NCBI GenBank assembly: GCA_900617105.1
Contig: UYFQ01000001.1
Location: 2,728,001 to 2,792,000 of the forward strand
Length of the DNA stretch: 64,000 nucleotides
Origin: Hydrurus foetidus
Taxonomy: Eukaryota
Reading direction: 5' to 3'
Shown here: piece after piece, positions 58,716-64,000 of the stretch
How the letters are laid out: each line of letters begins with the position of its first letter
Position numbering within the stretch: the stretch's first letter is position 1
Notes under the pieces: generated by a model
The model's database searches: none
What the model saw: only the letters and a program-made list of their open reading frames with translations
Told to the model about the DNA's origin: nothing
Program-made: the position numbers and the translations under genes

Positions 58716-59330
58716 TCAAGGGTTGCGCTTGGCATCTGCTGTCTTTTTAAGCCGGTTGGCGCGATTTTTATGTTTTACCAAAAACTGCAAGCGCCACGCT
58801 ATTTTGACCAAAGCATAAGCTGCCAGCGCGCCGCCTACCGCAAACATGCCCATGCCCAAAATGGCCGGGGCGCCGATAGACTCTAAATAAGCCATGATGC
58901 CGCCACTTTCGCTAATTTGCTTGAAAGGCAGCGGCGGCGGCGCATCGAGTACCAGACTGCCCGCTTTGTAGGCCAGCCACAGCCAGAACCCAATCGTGAA
59001 CGGGTTGGTGACCAGTGTCATGCCAACTGCTACCGGTATGTTGGCGCGGCACCAGACGCAGCTGGCTGCCGCTACCAAAATTTGCGCTACTGGCAACACA
59101 AATGCCCAAAAAATGCCCAGCGCTGCACCGCGCGCCACAGACTCGTGGTGCATGCGCCACAGCTTGGGGTCAAGTACCCTGTGCGCAACCGGTTTTAGCC
59201 AAGGGTGGGCGGCCAGCACGTCGCGCTTGGGCAGCGCAGCGCGGATTTTGTCGGCCAGCGTGGCCCGCTTGGGCTGCAGCGGCTGCTCGTCGTGTTCTGC
59301 CTTGGGGCGCTTCCGTTTTTGCTGGGTCAT
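58716..59330 (-). CDS. DUF2062 family membrane protein
   Basis: SVARGAALG...RANIP...TNPFT. Confidence 0.85.
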   Translation of the reverse strand: MTQQKRKRPKAEHDEQPLQPKRATLADKIRAALPKRDVLAAHPWLKPVAHRVLDPKLWRMHHESVARGAALGIFWAFVLPVAQILVAAASCVWCRANIPVAVGMTLVTNPFTIGFWLWLAYKAGSLVLDAPPPLPFKQISESGGIMAYLESIGAPAILGMGMFAVGGALAAYALVKIAWRLQFLVKHKNRANRLKKTADAKRNP

Positions 59331-59660
59331 GGCGCAGCCCGGGTGGGGAGTTGTCGGGTTTCGCCAATCGCCATCAGCGTGAAGTCTTGCGGGCCTAGGG
59401 CCTTGCTTGCCACGGCCACTGCCCCGTCTTTGGACGGCTGGTCAAGCGGCTCATCGGTCAGGGCAAAAGTGCCCCAGTGCACGCCCACGCTACGCTTGGC
59501 TTTCAAATCTTGGTGAATTTGCACCGCCTTCGCGGGGTTAACGTGCAGCTCTTTCATGAACCAGCGCGGCTCGTAAGCGCCAACCGCGATCAAGGCGACA
59601 TCAAAACCGCCGCCCTTAGCTGTTGTTTGGCGGTCAGCAAAGTGTTTTAGCGTGTCCGTC
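59327..59660 (-). pseudogene. C-terminal remnant of an MBL-fold (RomA/NAPE-PLD-like) hydrolase
   Basis: GAYEPRWFM...HVNP...VHWGTF present; N-terminal HxHxDH region absent. Confidence 0.75.
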
Positions 59661-59701
59661 AGTTGCCAGCGTAAAAAATCACACGCGCCTTTGCGATTTT
59701 T

Positions 59702-59739
59702 GCTACTATTTATATAGCTGTTCGCGCCCGTATTCATTG
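59702..59739 (-). repeat. Partial R1 copy
   Basis: GCTACTATTTATATAGCTGTTCGCGCCCGTATTCATTG on +. Confidence 0.75.
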
Positions 59740-59795
59740 ATAAAAAATGCTTTTCATATTTGAAAATGACTCAAAAATGACGTTTTGCGAGACGA

Positions 59796-60266
59796 TCAAC
59801 GTACAAGGCGCACCGCCAAAATCGCCGCCCAGCCCAAGCTGAAGTTAATCACCGTCATGGTGTGAATAAGCCCAGCAGCTTTAGCGGCCAGTGGCCACTC
59901 AGCCGCTGCAACTGCGCGCTTGTATTTTTTGAAACCGGCAAAATAAATGTGGCCAAAAATAAGCATCATCGCCACGCCCAGCACCAGCATCACATTCCAG
60001 CCCAGCGGAACGCTGCCTTCGCCATTGGCCAGCCGGGCTGCTTTGAAGGTTTGGGTATACAGATGCGTGCCCGTGATAAACAGCAGCACGATGGCAGCCA
60101 ACACCAGCGCAAAAAACCGCCGCCACACCTGGCCCATCAATTGCGCTCTGCTTTGGGCGTCTAGCGTGACCAGGGCCGCTGGGCGCAACGCAATCAGCAT
60201 GAATGTCATGCCGCCCAGCCAAACAATGCCAGCTATCAGGTGAAGAAGTTTTGCGTAGTCGTACAT
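59796..60266 (-). CDS. CopD-like membrane protein
   Basis: LHLIAGIVWLGGM; four hydrophobic segments. Confidence 0.75.
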   Translation of the reverse strand: MYDYAKLLHLIAGIVWLGGMTFMLIALRPAALVTLDAQSRAQLMGQVWRRFFALVLAAIVLLFITGTHLYTQTFKAARLANGEGSVPLGWNVMLVLGVAMMLIFGHIYFAGFKKYKRAVAAAEWPLAAKAAGLIHTMTVINFSLGWAAILAVRLVR

Positions 60267-60441
60267 AAGTGAGCTCTTGGCAGTCAAAAGCTCAATTGTG
60301 GCTGCGCTTTTTACGGCGGGTTTAAAGGGCAAATGCACCCAAAGCCTGCGCGGGCTTTTTTTGTGCTTTGAGTGGACGGGTTTCTACGTATAATCAGAGT
60401 CTGTACGAAAAATCAACGTTGTAACCAGTTTGTAATTTTCG

Positions 60442-60951
60442 ATGCGCAAACTCGTTGACTCTTCAGTAAAACCGAATGTAGACCAGCGCGATTGGGATCA
60501 ACCAGCGGACAGCGATGCTGTTACGCCATTGACCAAAAGCGAGGCTGATGCACTTCGCCAAAAGAACCCGTCGCTGTCGCCCTGGGTTGTTTTGGCCGGG
60601 CAAACAGCTGGCGGTTTGCTGACTGCTTTTGCATGCGGCTTGGCGACTGGTCAAACCAGCACGGCCTGGTCTGCTCTTTACGGGGCGGCAGCAGTGGTGC
60701 TACCCGGCGCTTTGTTTGCGCGGGGACTGATGAGCAAGGTGACGTTGATGAATCCGGCCGCTGCGGTGACTGGATTTTTTTTGTGGGAAATGGTGAAGAT
60801 CGGTTTGGTATTGGCAATGTTGTTTGCCGCGCCCAAGCTGGTTAAAGATTTGAGTTGGCCAGCCATGTTGATTGGGCTGGTTGTGACGATGAAGGTGGTT
60901 TGGCTGGTACTTTGGCTTGAGGCGAAAGTGCGGCGCAAACCGAAAAGTTGA
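60442..60951 (+). CDS. atpI: ATP synthase protein I
   Basis: SALYGA...WEMVKI; precedes atpB. Confidence 0.85.
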   Translation: MRKLVDSSVKPNVDQRDWDQPADSDAVTPLTKSEADALRQKNPSLSPWVVLAGQTAGGLLTAFACGLATGQTSTAWSALYGAAAVVLPGALFARGLMSKVTLMNPAAAVTGFFLWEMVKIGLVLAMLFAAPKLVKDLSWPAMLIGLVVTMKVVWLVLWLEAKVRRKPKS

Positions 60952-60977
60952 GCGTATTCCAATAAAAGAGATTTGAG

Positions 60978-61829
60978 ATGAGTGCATCTTCCGGAGCCCC
61001 TTTAACCGCCGGTGACTACATCGGTCACCATCTGGTGCATTTGCAAAATAAAAAGCAGATGGGCTTGATCGACTTCGGTGTGGTTAATCTTGACACCATC
61101 TTTTGGTCTATCACCCTTGGCGTAATTGGCTTGTTCGTCATGTGGCGCGTTGCCAAAAACATTCACTCCGGTGTGCCGGGCCGCATGCAGGCTGCGGTTG
61201 AAATGCTGCTTGAAATGGTCGACTCGCAAGCCAAGGGCATCGTTAAAAACGCTGAGTCGCGTAAAGTCGTTGGTCCCTTGGCACTGACCGTCTTTGTGTG
61301 GATTTTCTTGATGAACTCAATGGACTTTTTGCCCGTTGACTTGTTTCACAGCATCTTCGCTGTAATCGGCCTTGACCACAAAATTGAATACTTCCGCGTA
61401 GTGCCTACGGCTGACTTATCAGCCACGCTAGGAATGTCTTGCGGTGTGCTGTTGGTCTGCCTGTTTTACAACATCAAGATCAAGGGTTTTGGCGGATGGG
61501 TGCACGAGTTGTTTTCTGCACCGTTCGGCGACAAATGGTTTTTGTATCCCATCAATTTCTTGATGCAAATGATTGAGTTCGCCGCAAAAACCGTGTCGCA
61601 CGGCTTGCGACTCTTTGGCAACATGTACGCAGGCGAATTGCTGTTTATGTTGATTGCGCTCATGGGCGCAGTCGGCTTTGGCTCGGCTACCGGTGTGTTC
61701 TTGTTTCTGGGTCACATTTTGGCTGGCACAGGCTGGGCTATTTTTCACATCTTGATCGTGGCGCTGCAAGCCTTTATTTTCATGATGTTGACATTGGTGT
61801 ACGTGGGCCAGGCGCACGACCATCATTGA
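60978..61829 (+). CDS. atpB: ATP synthase subunit a
   Basis: LRLFGNMYAGE, LQAFIF. Confidence 0.98.
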   Translation: MSASSGAPLTAGDYIGHHLVHLQNKKQMGLIDFGVVNLDTIFWSITLGVIGLFVMWRVAKNIHSGVPGRMQAAVEMLLEMVDSQAKGIVKNAESRKVVGPLALTVFVWIFLMNSMDFLPVDLFHSIFAVIGLDHKIEYFRVVPTADLSATLGMSCGVLLVCLFYNIKIKGFGGWVHELFSAPFGDKWFLYPINFLMQMIEFAAKTVSHGLRLFGNMYAGELLFMLIALMGAVGFGSATGVFLFLGHILAGTGWAIFHILIVALQAFIFMMLTLVYVGQAHDHH

Positions 61830-61934
61830 TTTTAAATTTCTGGTTTTGTTGATCTCGTTAGTTTTGATTTCGGTTTAGGGTTGGTATTTTTATTTTTGTT
61901 AGTTAGTTTTTTTGTTAATTTGTAGGAGCTTTAA

Positions 61935-62183
<249 letters not shown>

Positions 62184-62223
62184 TCAAACGCCTTTTCAGC
62201 TATTCAACTAAAAAGGTGCTGCT

Positions 62224-62694
62224 GTGAGTATTAACTCGACATTTTTTGCGCAGCTCATCGTGTTTGCAATTTTGGTGCTGTTCACGATGAAATTCGTGTG
62301 GCCGCCCATTGCAGCCGCGTTGGACGAACGCGCTACCAAAATTGCTGCGGGCCTTGCTGCTGCTGACAAAGCCAAATCTGAACTTTTGGGCGCCAACAAG
62401 CGCGTTGAAGAAGAGTTGGCCAAGTCAAAGGGCGAATCCGCTGTGCGTTTGGCTGATGCCGAGCGCCGCGCACAAGTGATGATTGAAGAAGCCAAAGCCA
62501 GAGCAACTGAAGAGGGCAGCAAGATCATTGCCGCCGCCAAGGTTGAAGCAGAGCAGCAAACCGTCAAAGCCCGCGAGACTTTGCGCGAGCAAGTTGCCGC
62601 GCTGGCCGTTAAAGGTGCTGAGCAAATCTTGCGCAAAGAAGTTAACGCTTCTGTGCACGCAGACTTGCTGGGCCGCCTGAAGACTGAGCTGTGA
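62224..62694 (+). CDS. atpF: ATP synthase subunit b
   Basis: MKFVWPPI...LDER. Confidence 0.98.
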   Translation: MSINSTFFAQLIVFAILVLFTMKFVWPPIAAALDERATKIAAGLAAADKAKSELLGANKRVEEELAKSKGESAVRLADAERRAQVMIEEAKARATEEGSKIIAAAKVEAEQQTVKARETLREQVAALAVKGAEQILRKEVNASVHADLLGRLKTEL

Positions 62695-62728
62695 TTAGAC
62701 CTTTGACTGCAGAAAAAAGAGCATCACC

Positions 62729-63268
62729 ATGGCAGAACTAGCCACCATTGCCCGCCCTTACGCTGAAGCGTTGTTCAAAGCTGCTGGCAGCGATCTTGCC
62801 GCCACTGCGGCATGGCTGGACGGGCTTGCCAGCATTTCGTCAAATGTGCAGCTGCAACAGTACGCCGGTAACCCCAGCGTAACTTCGGCACAAACTTTTG
62901 ATGTGATGGCAGGCGTTGCAGAGTCGCAAAAGGTCAAGCTGCCTGAGCCAGCCAAGAACTTTTTGCGCACTGTAATTGACAACGGTCGGGTAAGTGTTTT
63001 GCCTGAAATTGCCAGCCAGTTTCGTGCACTTAAAAACGCACAAAGCGGCTCGTCAGATGCTACGGTGTACAGCGCCTTTGCGCTGGACGCTGCGGCTCTG
63101 GTCAGCTTGCAGGCAACCTTAGAAAAGCGCTTTGGCAAAAAGCTTAACTTGACAGTTGAGCTGCAGCCAGAACTGATAGGCGGCGTGCGCGTCGTGGTGG
63201 GCGACGAGGTGCTGGACACCTCGGTAAAAGCCCGTTTAGAGCAAATGAAAGCGGCGCTGATTTCTTGA
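62729..63268 (+). CDS. atpH: ATP synthase subunit delta
   Basis: TIARPYAEA...LIGG. Confidence 0.98.
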   Translation: MAELATIARPYAEALFKAAGSDLAATAAWLDGLASISSNVQLQQYAGNPSVTSAQTFDVMAGVAESQKVKLPEPAKNFLRTVIDNGRVSVLPEIASQFRALKNAQSGSSDATVYSAFALDAAALVSLQATLEKRFGKKLNLTVELQPELIGGVRVVVGDEVLDTSVKARLEQMKAALIS

Positions 63269-63328
63269 TATTGCGCGCCGCGCCGTGTCCATTTTTTAGC
63301 CCACCAACAACGAAAGAAGGAAAGAGTC

Positions 63329-64000
63329 ATGCAACTCAATCCAGCAGAAATTTCTGAACTGATCAAAAGCCGTATCGAAGGCTTGACCACCGCCAGCGAC
63401 GTTCGCAACCAGGGCACCGTGGTGTCTGTGGCCGACGGTATCGTTCGTATTCACGGCCTGTCGGACGTGATGCAAGGCGAAATGCTGGAGTTCCCTGCTA
63501 CCGCCGATGGCACACCCACCTATGGCTTGGCACTGAATTTAGAGCGCGACTCCGTCGGCTCCGTGATTTTGGGCGAATACGAGCACATTGCCGAAGGCGA
63601 TACCGTCAAATGCACCGGCCGCATTCTTGAAGTGCCGGTTGGCCCTGAATTGCTTGGCCGCGTGGTCAATGCACTGGGTCAGCCGATTGACGGCAAGGGC
63701 CCCATCAACGCCAAAATGACCGACGTGATTGAAAAAGTCGCTCCGGGCGTGATTGCACGTAAATCAGTCGACCAGCCACTGCAAACCGGCCTGAAGTCCA
63801 TCGACTCCATGGTGCCAGTAGGCCGCGGCCAGCGCGAACTGATTATTGGTGACCGCCAGACCGGCAAAACCGCTGTTGCGATTGACGCGATCATTAACCA
63901 AAAAGGCACTGGCGTTTACTGCGTTTACGTCGCTATTGGTCAAAAGGCATCATCGATCAAAAACGTCGTTCGCTCGCTTGAACAAGCTGGCGCGATGGAA
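63329..64000 (+). CDS. atpA: ATP synthase subunit alpha (runs off the window)
   Basis: MQLNPAEIS...[17 protein letters not shown]. Confidence 0.97.
   Translation, partial: MQLNPAEISELIKSRIEGLTTASDVRNQGTVVSVADGIVRIHGLSDVMQGEMLEFPATADGTPTYGLALNLERDSVGSVILGEYEHIAEGDTVKCTGRILEVPVGPELLGRVVNALGQPIDGKGPINAKMTDVIEKVAPGVIARKSVDQPLQTGLKSIDSMVPVGRGQRELIIGDRQTGKTAVAIDAIINQKGTGVYCVYVAIGQKASSIKNVVRSLEQAGAME

Overview
Betaproteobacterial chromosome segment (Comamonadaceae-like, inferred from gene order and protein sequences). The housekeeping backbone comprises fpr, hemJ, dac, the str and S10 ribosomal operons ending at rpsQ, PTS genes, lipA/lipB, dat/ybeD and the start of the atp operon. Two accessory islands interrupt it. 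(1) About 1.2-14.4 kb: an array of 5'-truncated LysM/RHS-type polymorphic toxin cassettes with AHH, HNH, Ntox43-like and RNase A-like tips, each followed by an immunity gene. No full-length parent gene lies in the window. The array has nested homology arms, recurring border motifs, two type II TA pairs and an NYN RNase preceded by a structured leader. (2) About 47.4-57.4 kb: a defence island between ybeD and lipB carrying fic, type III mod, a nonsense-interrupted DUF3800 gene with a candidate structured ncRNA, dinD, type III res, an ABC/AAA ATPase and a DUF4276-like gene. A ~48-bp two-hairpin dispersed repeat occurs 18 times, four of them translated inside proteins in four different reading frames. 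All domain calls come from motif recognition by eye, not from database searches.
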